IMG/VR virus record: IMGVR_UViG_3300017792_000017
Location: 32,001-96,000 of that record
From: a virus
Strand: one strand, 5' to 3'
DNA length: 64,000 nucleotides
This document shows, piece after piece, positions 46,524 to 57,066 of this stretch. The translations under genes and the position numbers were made by a program. The notes beneath the pieces were generated by a model. The model worked only from the letters and a program-made list of their open reading frames with translations. It was not told where the DNA came from and ran no database searches. The first letter of the stretch is position 1. Every line of letters starts with the position of its first letter.

Positions 46524-47360
46524 TTGAAAGTTCAACCTATTTCAGATTTGCATCTAGATTGTCTGGAAGGTAAGCAGTGGGAAGGTGTACTGCATTCCAT
46601 TATCAATCCAGAAGCAGACGTAATAGTGTTCGCAGGAGACATGTGTGAATGGCGCAACATAGGCCTTCTCAAGCGAGCACTGGCCGATGTGTACAAACGT
46701 ATCCTTTATGTGCCAGGTAACCATGAATACTGGGGCTCAGAGGATTGTAGAGGTCTCGTTAAGGACCTAAAGACAGTGTTTTCAGGGATGCCTAACGTCG
46801 CTGTTCTCAATGAGGATTATCGTCAAATTGATGACGTCCTCTTTATCGGCGGAACTCTCTGGACGAATCTGTGGAATCCAATCAATGCAGATATCGTCAA
46901 GCACTTCATGGCAGATTTCAGACATTGTCCGAGTCTTACGACTGACTTCACTAACCAGAAGCATGAGTTCATGGTTGGATTCATTGAAGAGTGCTTGAAG
47001 TCAGAAAATTTCAAGGATCACAAGAAAGTCGTTATTACTCATCATGGCCCTTCGTTCCGGGCAGTAGCAAAACAGTACCAGTACAGCAGTGCCAACTGTG
47101 GCTATTTCAGCGCGTTGGATCATATCCTCGAATCTGAAAAATCTCCTGATGTCTGGATTCACGGTCACAGCCATGTTGCTATGGATGAAAAGATCGGCAA
47201 CACCAGAGTCATCAGGAATCCGTTCGGGTATCAAGGGTACGGAGAGAAGGAAACTGGGTTCAACAAGGAATTCATGATTGACACCTCGTTGATCACCAGA
47301 GAAGTTACAGAAGCAGACATTTGCAGTATGCTTGAAGAGTTCGAAGCAAAGTTCCAATAA
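46524..47360 (+). CDS. Calcineurin-like metallophosphoesterase
   Basis: SDLH, AGD, GNHE, THHGP, HGHSH; AGGAGG RBS before TTG 46524; promoter motif at 46479. Confidence 0.9.
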   Translation: MKVQPISDLHLDCLEGKQWEGVLHSIINPEADVIVFAGDMCEWRNIGLLKRALADVYKRILYVPGNHEYWGSEDCRGLVKDLKTVFSGMPNVAVLNEDYRQIDDVLFIGGTLWTNLWNPINADIVKHFMADFRHCPSLTTDFTNQKHEFMVGFIEECLKSENFKDHKKVVITHHGPSFRAVAKQYQYSSANCGYFSALDHILESEKSPDVWIHGHSHVAMDEKIGNTRVIRNPFGYQGYGEKETGFNKEFMIDTSLITREVTEADICSMLEEFEAKFQ

Positions 47361-47383
47361 CCCGTTTCATATAAGGCTAAATC

Positions 47384-47809
47384 ATGCGTGAAGATCAAGT
47401 TAAGTCGATGTTCCTGCTGGCGGGGTTTGATGTCAAGAAGACGACCCAGATCGAAAATGAATACTGGCCCAAAGCGTATGTCGAGCTTATCAAGTCCTCG
47501 CCGTGGTGGTTGATGGACACGCAGTATGGCACGATCAAGATTGGCTGGCGCAAACGCGTCATCGCAATCGACTGGCAAGAGACCGGATATGTCTCTGAGC
47601 AGAACGGTGAACACACGTACGACAGTATCACTGATGATGCTGTAACTCGTGGTCCGTGCGATGTACATGCGTACAGTGTTCCCAAGGCCGTCGAATATCT
47701 GACTACTCTTCGTCGCAACATGGACTTCGAGGAGGCAGAGAGGAAAAAGACGCAAGTGTCGCATGGCACAGTCGCCAAGGTAAGTGCAGGAGCGGGATCG
47801 TTCGTGTAA
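47384..47809 (+). CDS. Hypothetical phage protein
   Basis: 141 aa; PWWLMDTQYGTIKIGWRKRVI; terminator about 47818-47845. Confidence 0.65.
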   Translation: MREDQVKSMFLLAGFDVKKTTQIENEYWPKAYVELIKSSPWWLMDTQYGTIKIGWRKRVIAIDWQETGYVSEQNGEHTYDSITDDAVTRGPCDVHAYSVPKAVEYLTTLRRNMDFEEAERKKTQVSHGTVAKVSAGAGSFV

Positions 47810-47979
47810 GGGAGCAACAAAAAACCCGGCATTGCACCGGGTTTGAACTTCTTGGTAGAAAGGAGCGAAACAACCAAGATCTTGTAGAAACTTGTATTTG
47901 TTCTTAAAGTGGGACGGGGAATCCCTCGTTTCGCAAGTGTAAACTAATTTTAACACAGACTGATTTAAGGAATCAAGAC

Positions 47980-48267
47980 ATGGCAAGTCAAATTCGTTTC
48001 CTGGAAAAAACTGAGAACCAGAATCTGAGCGTCAATGAAATGGTTCTCAGGAAGTTTGTTGGGGCAATGCACACGCTAGAAGGTCGTAAGAACCTTCATC
48101 AAGTTTACAACGATAAGGATTCGTTGTTGAACTATCGCCTTGCATACACAGCTGCAATGACCCTCTTCACGGTCTGCAACGAAGTGCTGGGCATGAGCAT
48201 GGGGGTGTACTTGAAACTTCTCAGTGCTCATTTCGAATTCATTCATACTCCGGTTTTGGAGTGGTAA
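47980..48267 (+). CDS. Hypothetical protein
   Basis: AAGGA RBS; terminator about 48277-48303. Confidence 0.6.
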   Translation: MASQIRFLEKTENQNLSVNEMVLRKFVGAMHTLEGRKNLHQVYNDKDSLLNYRLAYTAAMTLFTVCNEVLGMSMGVYLKLLSAHFEFIHTPVLEW

Positions 48268-48377
48268 GGTAGAATAAGGCCCAGGTAACACTGGGTCTTT
48301 TTTAGCATCTGGAAGGATTATTTTGGTATAAGTATATTGTAGTTAAAAACCACATTACGCTTACGAGGGCGACCAAA

Positions 48378-48707
48378 ATGTCTAACAGATACGTTCGCAC
48401 AAGATACGGGACCAATGGAAAGTCCGTGCTGATCTCATTCGAGATTCCGGGAGTTCGATTGGAGTTACTGCAAGTGGAAGGGCAACCTACTGAAGCATTC
48501 GGCGTGATGAAAGGTCACTGCTTGGAAAATATTATAACGGGGGCGAAAAAGGGAATAGAAATAGAAATCCAGCGGATAGCGTGCACATCAGATAGAGATA
48601 AGAGAGTAAAAGACTTAGAGGCAGCACTTGTCTGTATCGACGAGGCCATTGCAAGAGACGAACACCGACTGGCACGTAAGTTCCCAGTACGAGGTGCAAT
48701 AGCCTGA
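48378..48707 (+). CDS. Hypothetical protein
   Basis: Promoter motif at 48324; GAGG RBS. Confidence 0.6.
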   Translation: MSNRYVRTRYGTNGKSVLISFEIPGVRLELLQVEGQPTEAFGVMKGHCLENIITGAKKGIEIEIQRIACTSDRDKRVKDLEAALVCIDEAIARDEHRLARKFPVRGAIA

Positions 48708-48840
48708 GAGAGACCCGTGGTAGGGTGAGTAGTACTTAAGCCCAGATATCACCGGGCTCTTTTTCAATTTTCGAATGTTGAATCTGGTATAAGAAAATTG
48801 GTAATAACAATGATTTTAAAACCTATTCAGGAGTAAGACC

Positions 48841-49179
48841 GTGCACGAATTCTGCCTGTTCAGTTTCTACGGCTTCATCGCTGTGTCGTTCTTCTCAATC
48901 ATCTTGAACATATTTGCTCAGATGAAATACAGGAAAGTATTTGAGCTGGTGGAGGATTTGCCGAATATCAGTCTTAAAGAAATGTTCAACGGTAACATTC
49001 CGTTCTACATGACTCGGTGGTTCACGATACTGATTCAAGTCCCGTATCTGATCATTCTGTGGTTGATCGCACGTGAAGTGCAACCTGATCCTATTTGGAT
49101 GACAGCGTTCCTTATGGGACTGTTGGGGAATTACTACATCGTCTTCAGAAAGACCTCTAAGGTCTGGAAGCACATGTAA
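48841..49179 (+). CDS. Membrane protein (3 TM)
   Basis: Promoter motif at 48785; AGGAG RBS; GTG start. Confidence 0.6.
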   Translation: MHEFCLFSFYGFIAVSFFSIILNIFAQMKYRKVFELVEDLPNISLKEMFNGNIPFYMTRWFTILIQVPYLIILWLIAREVQPDPIWMTAFLMGLLGNYYIVFRKTSKVWKHM

Positions 49180-49184
49180 AGAAG

Positions 49185-49213
49185 AAAGGCCCCGATTTCT
49201 CAGGGCCTTTTTT
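49185..49213. terminator. Bidirectional terminator
   Basis: aaaggccc/gggccttt. Confidence 0.8.
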
Positions 49214-49890
49214 TATCCGTTGAAGCTTACTGGAACTGGTCGGTCGAATTGAATCGAGACGTTTTCAGCAATTACAGGCTGTGCGCTTGCAACTGCGAAA
49301 CTGTAGTTTTGGAACATACAGTATTCGAGGTACAGACCGGCAAGAGCTTGGCCGAAACCATCTGAACCACCGCCACGAGTCTTGAATACCATCAGAAGAC
49401 CAAACGGTACTGCGAACGTTTCTGAGTCAAGGTTCATCTGAATGTATGTGTTCGGGGAATCAGCACCTGCTGAACCGAAACCACCATTGTTCATTGCAGG
49501 GCGATAAGCTTGTTGTGAAAGAGCGAACAGAACGTTGCCTTGGTCAGCGAGAAACTTGCTAAGTGAAATAGCATGTTGTGTCTTACCACGTGTGAAGAAT
49601 GAACGATTTGAACCTACTTCGAATAGACGTGCTAGACCTGCGTCTGCGCTCATCTGAATGTTATCGGTTAGACCGATAGGCACTAGATCACCAACGCCAC
49701 CTGAGAGGCCTGTGAAACGTGCTGGACCAGCGAAAAGAGCTGTGGTGTCCGGTGAAGCTGAAAATTGTGAAAAGCGTTCGTAGCCATCCTGGTTAAGCTT
49801 CGAGATATACTCGTTCTTCCAGTCCCACCCTAATCCAAACCCCGCTTCTTGTACGGTCGTTAGGCGGTCATTAGTAGCATCTGCTGCCAT
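49213..49890 (-). CDS. Tail tube protein
   Basis: Downstream of sheath; RLFEVGS.R, LYLEYCMFQNYS, VIAENVSIQFDR. Confidence 0.7.
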   Translation of the reverse strand: MAADATNDRLTTVQEAGFGLGWDWKNEYISKLNQDGYERFSQFSASPDTTALFAGPARFTGLSGGVGDLVPIGLTDNIQMSADAGLARLFEVGSNRSFFTRGKTQHAISLSKFLADQGNVLFALSQQAYRPAMNNGGFGSAGADSPNTYIQMNLDSETFAVPFGLLMVFKTRGGGSDGFGQALAGLYLEYCMFQNYSFAVASAQPVIAENVSIQFDRPVPVSFNG

Positions 49891-49894
49891 ATTT

Positions 49895-50653
49895 TTAATC
49901 CTGAGTTAAGTGAAGTTTTGCCTGAATCTCAGGCTTACGTAAGTCTTTGATCGAGTTCCCCTCGAATCCTATTTTAGTCAAAAGTTCTTCGTACAAAGGA
50001 GGAGTAGGAGCTTGGAAAATTCTAGAAATTGCAGATTTGGAATGACCATATTTATCTGATAGAGCCATCAAATTAGTACCATCAATGTAGTCTGAAATCA
50101 AAGTGCTTAATTCCACTTCAGACTTTACTACCATGCAATTTTTATTGTATTTTAAGCCGTTTTCTTTAATAGTCGTTTTTTGTAATTCCGATTTAGTAAT
50201 GGACTGTAGATGGGCTTTGTACCATTCTTTATACCCGGGTCTATTCCAAAGAGCTTTTTTCTCTTCCACAAATTTTCCCTTTAAGGCATTTGAAATTTTA
50301 CTACGTACTTCTTGCGGAATTACAGTCATGCCATTCGCCGTAGGGGAAATGTTATACCCAACAGTATCATCACATACTTTCAAAGAGTCCATATAAAACT
50401 GTTCCCTTTCGAATCTATTTTCAAGGTTCGTTACTTCTAGTATCTCAAAATGAAATACTTCCAATCCGTGTTTTAAAACCGCAGATTGTAGATGTGCATT
50501 AACGTGTTTACCATTTTTAAGAAGTCTTACATGTTTGTTAAGTCTTTCTTTAAAACACTGACTGGATCCAATATAAATTTTACCGTTTACAGTATTAGTT
50601 ATTTTGTAGACGCCTGCTGCGTTCAAATCTTGTTCGTTGCAAAGTAGTTTCAT
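49895..50653 (-). mobile_element. Free-standing GIY-YIG homing endonuclease gene
   Basis: GVYKITNTVNGKIYIGSS...R...H...LQ...REQFYMD; AT-rich; sits between sheath and tube. Confidence 0.85.
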
Positions 50654-50700
50654 ACTACTATATTACTAAAATTCCAATCCCAACTCAAGTACCCACAAAC

Positions 50701-50730
50701 AAAAAAGCCCAGATTTCTCCGGGCTTTTTT
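50701..50730. terminator. Terminator after sheath
   Basis: aaaaagccc/gggcttttt. Confidence 0.75.
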
Positions 50731-50747
50731 TAGCTTAATCAACTCGA

Positions 50748-53384
50748 TTAGATAATCAAGAAGAGATTAATGTAGTTCATTGGATAAACTACGCTGATAT
50801 TCAGATTGATAATGACCTGATCCTTATTGTTAGGATCTTGAGCCAGACTTGCAATCTTGTAACTTAGCAGCGGTGAACCGATCTTCGGAAGTTTTTGACC
50901 CTTGACCAGTTCTGAAACAGAAATGATCGTTTGACGAAGAGTGTTAAGGCTATCAGGAGTAACGTTCCACTTACCAATGAAGCTCTTAAGCTGATCGTGG
51001 TATAGGTACGATAAAAAGTCCCAATTCTTAACAACTAATAGTTCACGGAATTCAAGTACTGACACATCTGTCGTCAGTTCGTGACGAACGAAAGGAATTG
51101 AACCTTGCGTTTCTTGTACGAACAGGAATGTACCTGCAGCGGCCATTGTGTTCATCTGTGCTCTCGTAAAGAAAAAGTTTGAGAACTTCAGATCTGCAAC
51201 GCCTGCAACACCAACGTTGGTGAAACCTTGTTGTACTGGGAAACCCGCAACCATACCCCCAAGGGCGGCACATAGGTAGTAGCCAGGCAGATACTTAACA
51301 ACGCCATCTACGGTAATACCAACTGTATCCGGCTGAACGTGGATCACACGCTTGTCGGTGAAGGTTGTGCTAGCAGCAGCTACAGCAGTTGCCTTTTGAG
51401 CCTTGCTCAGCGTACGACCAACGTAGTAGCTAACAGCAGTTGCAGTACCAGTAGCAGCTACGACTACTTGTTGGTTATTCAGTACTTGTTGTACTTGTAG
51501 TGAACCAACTTGGGTAGGAGTGCCAGTAGCAGCAGTAACAATAACTGAGTCACCAGGAACAACGCCGTCTGACATGAATGTAGCATTTGAGGCTGTCAGT
51601 ACGTAGTTACCGTTGATAACAGTAATGGTGTTGTTTCCACCGTTTGCATTAACGAAGCCACTTGAGTACGGACCAATGTTTTGGCTCGTAGGAATTGCTG
51701 TGTTAACCAGAGCGATACGCCATGCAGCTTCCTGAGGAGTTGACATTTGATCAACGTGAGCTTGGAATGCTGAAAGAATATCTACTTCTTGTGTAAGCGG
51801 AACTAGTGCGTAAAGACGATGGCCTTCAGCAAGTTCAAGAGCGGTTTCATAACCAATAAGGTCATCGCTCGGTACTGCGATTACATTGATCTGAGTCGTA
51901 GTATTTGCCATGCAAATTACTGAAGCCAGACCAAGCGGGTTTTGATCAGAAGTATCACCAAGGATACCTTCGATGTCACCAGTTGTCGTAAGAACTTGGA
52001 TAGCGCCTGAAAGATCTGTACGAAGAGCACGGTAAGCAAAGTGAACTTCACCGCTAACAACACGACCGTAAATTACGAACGGATTAGGTTCGATTGAGAT
52101 CTGGCCAGTTGTAGGAGCGTTTGAAGCATCGTAGTTTGATGTACTTGTGCTTGGGTTTACAGCAGGAAGAAGCTGGTTGTTATAAATCTTGCGAGTCTTA
52201 ACAGTGAACAGAGCCTTCTTGATTACTACTGCGCCTGCGCCAACTGCTGTACCTACAGCGGGGCTGATGGTAAGAACGTTGGTAGCTACGTTTGATACGT
52301 TTGCAACTAGGTCTGCACCGTTAGCACCTGCGCCACGGATAAGGATCGTATCACCGATTGCGATACCAGTTGCGCTTGCTACTGTGACGCTTGTTGCGCC
52401 TTGAGTAAGAGCACCAGGAACAGTTGTTTGAACGCTAAGGTCAGCCGGTAGAACGTCTGTAGTGTTCAGGGTAATCAGAGTTGAAGTCGGATTAACAACA
52501 GCGGTTACGGTCGTGCTGAATACCTTCGCTACTGAACTTGTGTTCGTGTAAGCGATATCGATAGCATCACCTGGTTCAACTAGAAGAGTTGAAGTTGTTT
52601 GGTTAACGTTTGAAAGCGTAGCCTTAGTGATTGCTGCACCAGTTGTAGCAGTACCAGCTTGGGCTGAGATTGTGAACGTTGTACCTGAAATGTTGCTGAT
52701 CGTAGCAACTAGAGCAGCACCTGCTGCGCCTGCACCAGCGATAGAGATAACATCGCCAACTACGAAACGAGTAGCGTTAGTAACTGCGGTTACGCTTGCT
52801 GAGCCAGCTGAAGTTGTACCTGTGCCGGTAGGCGTAGAGATATCAAGTTGATTTGCGCCTGAATATCCCAGGAAGCCACTTACAAGGGTTTCGATCTTTG
52901 CGTTGTTCAGATATACCTGAACTGAGTCTGGCTCAACTACTTGGCCAGGTTGAGTTGAAGGAAGACCAAAGGTATTTACAACACCTGAGTTGCTGATAAC
53001 AGCAGTCTTCGTTACTGTTACGTTGCTTACAGTTGTACCTGCAGCAGTATCTGTCGTGGCAGTAAGGCCAGACACTGAAAGTACAGTTGCGCTAAGTGTA
53101 CTACCTGTTGTAGAAGCACCAGGGATAAGTAGAACGTCACCAATAGCGAAAGGAACAGGAGTAGTAAAAGTAACTACTGCTGAACCAAGGGTCATGCTAC
53201 CGATTGCGTTTACTGCTGGAACTGCTGCAGTTTGGATAAGGGATGCATTTGAACCTGCTACGTAGCTCACTACGTTGTATGCGGGTCCAATTAGGCATAC
53301 TTCCAGATCAGGAGTAACGTTAGCAACGCCGCCAGAGCTTTGGAGCTGTTGATAAACTAGTACTGATGGAACGACATATGACAT
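50748..53384 (-). CDS. Tail sheath protein
   Basis: 878 aa; YVVPSVLVYQ N-terminus; PGYYLCAALGG, RHELTTD, VVYPMNYINL C-terminus. Confidence 0.85.
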   Translation of the reverse strand: MSYVVPSVLVYQQLQSSGGVANVTPDLEVCLIGPAYNVVSYVAGSNASLIQTAAVPAVNAIGSMTLGSAVVTFTTPVPFAIGDVLLIPGASTTGSTLSATVLSVSGLTATTDTAAGTTVSNVTVTKTAVISNSGVVNTFGLPSTQPGQVVEPDSVQVYLNNAKIETLVSGFLGYSGANQLDISTPTGTGTTSAGSASVTAVTNATRFVVGDVISIAGAGAAGAALVATISNISGTTFTISAQAGTATTGAAITKATLSNVNQTTSTLLVEPGDAIDIAYTNTSSVAKVFSTTVTAVVNPTSTLITLNTTDVLPADLSVQTTVPGALTQGATSVTVASATGIAIGDTILIRGAGANGADLVANVSNVATNVLTISPAVGTAVGAGAVVIKKALFTVKTRKIYNNQLLPAVNPSTSTSNYDASNAPTTGQISIEPNPFVIYGRVVSGEVHFAYRALRTDLSGAIQVLTTTGDIEGILGDTSDQNPLGLASVICMANTTTQINVIAVPSDDLIGYETALELAEGHRLYALVPLTQEVDILSAFQAHVDQMSTPQEAAWRIALVNTAIPTSQNIGPYSSGFVNANGGNNTITVINGNYVLTASNATFMSDGVVPGDSVIVTAATGTPTQVGSLQVQQVLNNQQVVVAATGTATAVSYYVGRTLSKAQKATAVAAASTTFTDKRVIHVQPDTVGITVDGVVKYLPGYYLCAALGGMVAGFPVQQGFTNVGVAGVADLKFSNFFFTRAQMNTMAAAGTFLFVQETQGSIPFVRHELTTDVSVLEFRELLVVKNWDFLSYLYHDQLKSFIGKWNVTPDSLNTLRQTIISVSELVKGQKLPKIGSPLLSYKIASLAQDPNNKDQVIINLNISVVYPMNYINLFLII

Positions 53385-53472
53385 ATTTATTTCCTAAAAG
53401 GATTTTTTGATACTCGCAGTCACTTGACTACGAGCCGAATTCTTGACACATTATGCTGATATTTTAGCAGAA

Positions 53473-54060
53473 TTATTCAGGCTGAAGATTCAAAATGAAG
53501 TTCTTGATCTTGATACTGTCGTTCTTAACTGACCAGCGTTCTTCACGCATCCAAGGCACTGCAATTGTAACTCTGAATTTCTCTTTGCCTTCTGAACTTC
53601 CATCGAGGTCACAATTACTAACCGTCATAGGAGAAGCGAAGTCTTTGAAGCCTTGGGTACTACACAGATAAGGTCGTGTCCACAGCAAGAAGTGCTGCAC
53701 CATATCCGTAATAATTTCACAACTACCAAGCTGAGTTGCTTCAATTATGATTTCAGCTTGACCGCTATAGAGAATGAAGTTCTCAATATCGTGTAAGCCC
53801 ATAGTTTGATTCATCGTCTTTGCAGAAGACATATTATCGGTAAGCGAGAACTTACCAACATTATATGCACCACGATCAACCAATACTCGGGGACGTTCAT
53901 TAAATGGAATCTTATGAAGGTTATTCATATAGTCCAGTTCAATCGTCCTCTTCTTTTCGTCTGCGTCCCAGAAAAACGTTGACTGTTCTGTGTACTGGGA
54001 GAAGTAATAGCGAAGAGGTTGCAGGATCAATTCGCTTAAATTAACTGGGCTAAAAATCAT
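53473..54060 (-). CDS. Tail terminator/neck protein (putative)
   Basis: Directly upstream of sheath; ERPRVLVDRG. Confidence 0.5.
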   Translation of the reverse strand: MIFSPVNLSELILQPLRYYFSQYTEQSTFFWDADEKKRTIELDYMNNLHKIPFNERPRVLVDRGAYNVGKFSLTDNMSSAKTMNQTMGLHDIENFILYSGQAEIIIEATQLGSCEIITDMVQHFLLWTRPYLCSTQGFKDFASPMTVSNCDLDGSSEGKEKFRVTIAVPWMREERWSVKNDSIKIKNFILNLQPE

Positions 54061-54944
54061 GGTAAGTACGAATCCAAGTATTGTGACGGAAAGTCTGGAA
54101 GATCTCTGGTCACTAGCTGGAACTCGACAGCTCCCTTGCTTAGCTGAGTAAGGGTCAGCATTTGTCTTACAACGTTACCCTGTAACTCTGTAGTAGCGAT
54201 TCTAGTAACTTCATATCCACTCCAATCTCCGCTACGAATTATAACATCACCAAGACGAATATCTGGCATGGAAATTGTCCACGCTCCAATTACATTCTCT
54301 TCGTCTTGTCCAAGGTAGTTTTTGGTGAGGTTGTTTGGGGTTGGATCGTACTGCAAGAAGATCTTTGCAGGAGTGAAGTATCCGCCCTCAAAACTAGTAC
54401 CGATGCAATTAGGGCAATTATCGCGGGTCGTATGCTCATGCACAGGATCCCAGCAAGTCGTACAACGTTTACCATAGTTTTTGCGCCTAAATAGATAAGA
54501 ACTAATTCCACCGAACCTTGACAGAAGCCAATACTCACGTCGTTGGATTTCCATGCTGCGGATAGTTACCCAGCTTCTTTGGAACGTTTTCCAGGTAGCG
54601 GGGTCGGATCTAAGGGCGATACTACCCTTGTCGAGAAGAAGTACTTCAACGACGTAGTATCCATGATTAAATTTGGACTCTTCTCTGAGGGTGGTGTCGA
54701 TGAAGTGGTTTCCGACGATTGGGGTTGCGTTGATTTTGACAAAATCTGAATCCTCTATTTGAGAGAAGTATACATCAAATACACAGTTACCCCAGGAAGC
54801 CGGTATGGACCATTCTACAGTCGCCTGCTTGTACCACTGTGGGTAGACCTTGACTTGGATAGCCGAAGCCCTCCTAGCCGTTGTAAGAGGCAACTGAGCG
54901 GTTTGGATTAAGAACCCTGGGGTGACTGAGAAGTTGAATGCCAT
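54057..54944 (-). CDS. Neck/head-closure protein with Zn-finger (putative)
   Basis: CTTCWD...CPNCIGTSFEGGY; between adaptor and terminator genes. Confidence 0.5.
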   Translation of the reverse strand: MAFNFSVTPGFLIQTAQLPLTTARRASAIQVKVYPQWYKQATVEWSIPASWGNCVFDVYFSQIEDSDFVKINATPIVGNHFIDTTLREESKFNHGYYVVEVLLLDKGSIALRSDPATWKTFQRSWVTIRSMEIQRREYWLLSRFGGISSYLFRRKNYGKRCTTCWDPVHEHTTRDNCPNCIGTSFEGGYFTPAKIFLQYDPTPNNLTKNYLGQDEENVIGAWTISMPDIRLGDVIIRSGDWSGYEVTRIATTELQGNVVRQMLTLTQLSKGAVEFQLVTRDLPDFPSQYLDSYLP

Positions 54945-54946
54945 GT

Positions 54947-55210
54947 TTAGGGCGTATTGTTTTTAAAGTACTCAGCTACTTTACGCGGAGTAGTGAGTTT
55001 GTGATGATCACCGGGGTTGATTTTGCCGAATCTACTTTCTATAGCTGCGACCAACTTTTTACCAGCTATTGTTGTAGCAGCCTTATTTTCACGGTTCTTA
55101 GGGAAGAAGGCATGGTCTGGTTTCATACTTGAATCAAAATGTTTATGAGTTAAATCCATAATGATTTCAAGATTACCATCGCTAGCGATTTTTTCAAGAT
55201 ATTTGTTCAT
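54947..55210 (-). CDS. MNKYLEKIAS-leader protein with ACP-like C-terminus
   Basis: 87 aa; TAAAATA 5 nt upstream. Confidence 0.55.
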   Translation of the reverse strand: MNKYLEKIASDGNLEIIMDLTHKHFDSSMKPDHAFFPKNRENKAATTIAGKKLVAAIESRFGKINPGDHHKLTTPRKVAEYFKNNTP

Positions 55211-55268
55211 GACATTATTTTAAAAGCAAAAGCCTCCCGAAGGAGGCCTTGTTTGGAACTGTGTTTGA

Positions 55269-55712
55269 TTACCAAGTTGGCATGAGTGAGAGGTCGCTTC
55301 GTACTTCTCCCCAACCACTTTCCATGTTCAACTGAATCTTTAGCTTTGTAGCTGCTTCGGTGAACTGTTGCTGAAACCCTGCTGCTAAACTTTGATACAA
55401 CTGCGAACGTTCTTCGATTGGAATCTGAAGACCGCCGTCGCTGTAGTTCATAGTATTACGAGCTAAAAGCAACGCTTTACCGAGGTATGCATGCCAAAGA
55501 GTTCCCCACAGAAGAACTGATTTAGATGGGAAGTTTTGAATGCCTACTGCACCAATTGGCGGAATCGTATTAAACGAATCCACTGCTAGTGTCATAGAGA
55601 GTGAAATAAACGTGTCAGTCATTTCCTCACCTTCGATAAGGTAATTGTTGACAGCATAGTCTGACGTATACTCTCTTACTTCTTGCGGGGTGAGGATTTG
55701 ATTAACGGACAT
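55269..55712 (-). CDS. Head-tail adaptor (putative)
   Basis: EVREY..DY...NYL; RNTMNYSDGGL; position in head-to-tail gene order. Confidence 0.55.
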   Translation of the reverse strand: MSVNQILTPQEVREYTSDYAVNNYLIEGEEMTDTFISLSMTLAVDSFNTIPPIGAVGIQNFPSKSVLLWGTLWHAYLGKALLLARNTMNYSDGGLQIPIEERSQLYQSLAAGFQQQFTEAATKLKIQLNMESGWGEVRSDLSLMPTW

Positions 55713-55716
55713 TTAT

Positions 55717-56163
55717 TTACTCTGCTGCAGCCTTACGACCACGCTTAGCCTTCTCTGTTTCTGCTACGCCATTTGCTTCTTCAGCAGTTTGACCGATCTG
55801 TGAAGCTGCTGCTTCTGATACCTTTTCTACTACATCGGTATTCTTGCCAATTGACTCTGAAGTTGCTGTACTCTTCTTTTCTGGAGTCTTTGAAGCCTTC
55901 AGTTCTTCAGCCGTCATACCTTGATAACCTTCGTGCTCTACAACCAGTTCAGGCGCCTTTACTAGATCGCTGACATCAGGCTCTTCTGAGTGAACTTCTG
56001 CCCAACCACGATTTACTGCATCGAGAACATCTTGGTGTTCTAGATCTGATTCAAGAATCTTAACGAACGAGCCTTGCTTGATAGAGATATACCCTGCTTT
56101 CAGTACAAGACCGGTCGGAAGCTTATTGACCAGATAAAAATTCTTAAAAACTACTTTAGACAT
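55717..56163 (-). CDS. Hypothetical protein
   Basis: 148 aa; low-complexity C-terminus ending KRGRKAAAE. Confidence 0.6.
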   Translation of the reverse strand: MSKVVFKNFYLVNKLPTGLVLKAGYISIKQGSFVKILESDLEHQDVLDAVNRGWAEVHSEEPDVSDLVKAPELVVEHEGYQGMTAEELKASKTPEKKSTATSESIGKNTDVVEKVSEAAASQIGQTAEEANGVAETEKAKRGRKAAAE

Positions 56164-56183
56164 TTGCTAATCCTTTCTTAGAT

Positions 56184-56501
56184 TCAAGTATTGTATTTCT
56201 GTCCGTACAGTTTGTCAATTTTTTCCATGATCTTACGATCTTGGTGCTGGAAGTACTTGTGTACTCCAAACATGCCTGTACCTACAGCTGCTGCTCCACC
56301 AACTCCGACCTTTACTCTTGTCTGGAATGTACGGCCAGCTTCTACTTGTGCTTTGCGTTTAGCACGAAGAGCTGTAAGTCCCGTATCCTCAGCCTCGCGC
56401 ATTACACGAGCCTTAGTAGCCCATTCCTTTGCGCTCTTCCCCGACACTTGATCGATCATTTTGAGGGTCTTGGATAGGTATCTGTTAAAACTACCTGCCA
56501 T
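56184..56501 (-). CDS. Hypothetical basic protein
   Basis: 105 aa; AAGGA RBS and late motif upstream. Confidence 0.55.
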   Translation of the reverse strand: MAGSFNRYLSKTLKMIDQVSGKSAKEWATKARVMREAEDTGLTALRAKRKAQVEAGRTFQTRVKVGVGGAAAVGTGMFGVHKYFQHQDRKIMEKIDKLYGQKYNT

Positions 56502-56684
56502 GTTGGTTTCCTTTTAATTTACAAAGAGTATTTTAACAGAGATAGAGAAGTAATACATCAAGCTTCAGATTGGTATAAGGAGAGTAATAACAATAGAGGT
56601 TTATCGTGTTACTAGAAGAAGAAACTATGACCGAAGCAATTCTGGAGTTCTTGCGGATTTCCGAGCTATACCTCTTTGGAGGAT

Positions 56685-56951
56685 ATGATGAAAATAAGTG
56701 AGATGACCGATATCGTCAAGAGAGCACCGCTCCCAATACGGATGATGATAGACAGGTGGGGTGAAAAAGACCCGCTCATCAAAAAGCACGTAGTAGGATT
56801 GGACTATGCACTGACTAGCGGAATGAGTGATACTACAATACGCATTCTGATAGAAGACTTCCTCGACTATGTCGAAAGAAAGTACTTCATTGACAGAGAT
56901 AAGACAAGAGCGAAGATCGTGATGTTCCTTGCTGACCACCGTAAAAAATAA
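56685..56951 (+). CDS. Hypothetical protein
   Basis: GGAGG RBS; promoter motif at 56571. Confidence 0.55.
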   Translation: MMKISEMTDIVKRAPLPIRMMIDRWGEKDPLIKKHVVGLDYALTSGMSDTTIRILIEDFLDYVERKYFIDRDKTRAKIVMFLADHRKK

Positions 56952-56963
56952 GGAGAAAATAGT

Positions 56964-57050
56964 ATGGCTGAAAAGAAACGCTCAGTGGCATTTCCGATCC
57001 TGGCTCTGCTGGCGATCATCGCTCTGCTATCACCGAGAGCTAAGAAGTAG
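56964..57050 (+). CDS. 28-aa single-TM peptide
   Basis: AAGGAG RBS; MAEKKRSVAFPILALLAIIALLSPRAKK. Confidence 0.55.
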   Translation: MAEKKRSVAFPILALLAIIALLSPRAKK

Positions 57051-57066
57051 TCTTCGGAGAAACAAA

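Noticed and set aside
47231-47986. 251-aa and 160-aa minus-strand ORFs
   Set aside because: They lie antisense to well-supported plus-strand genes and cross a terminator; no motifs
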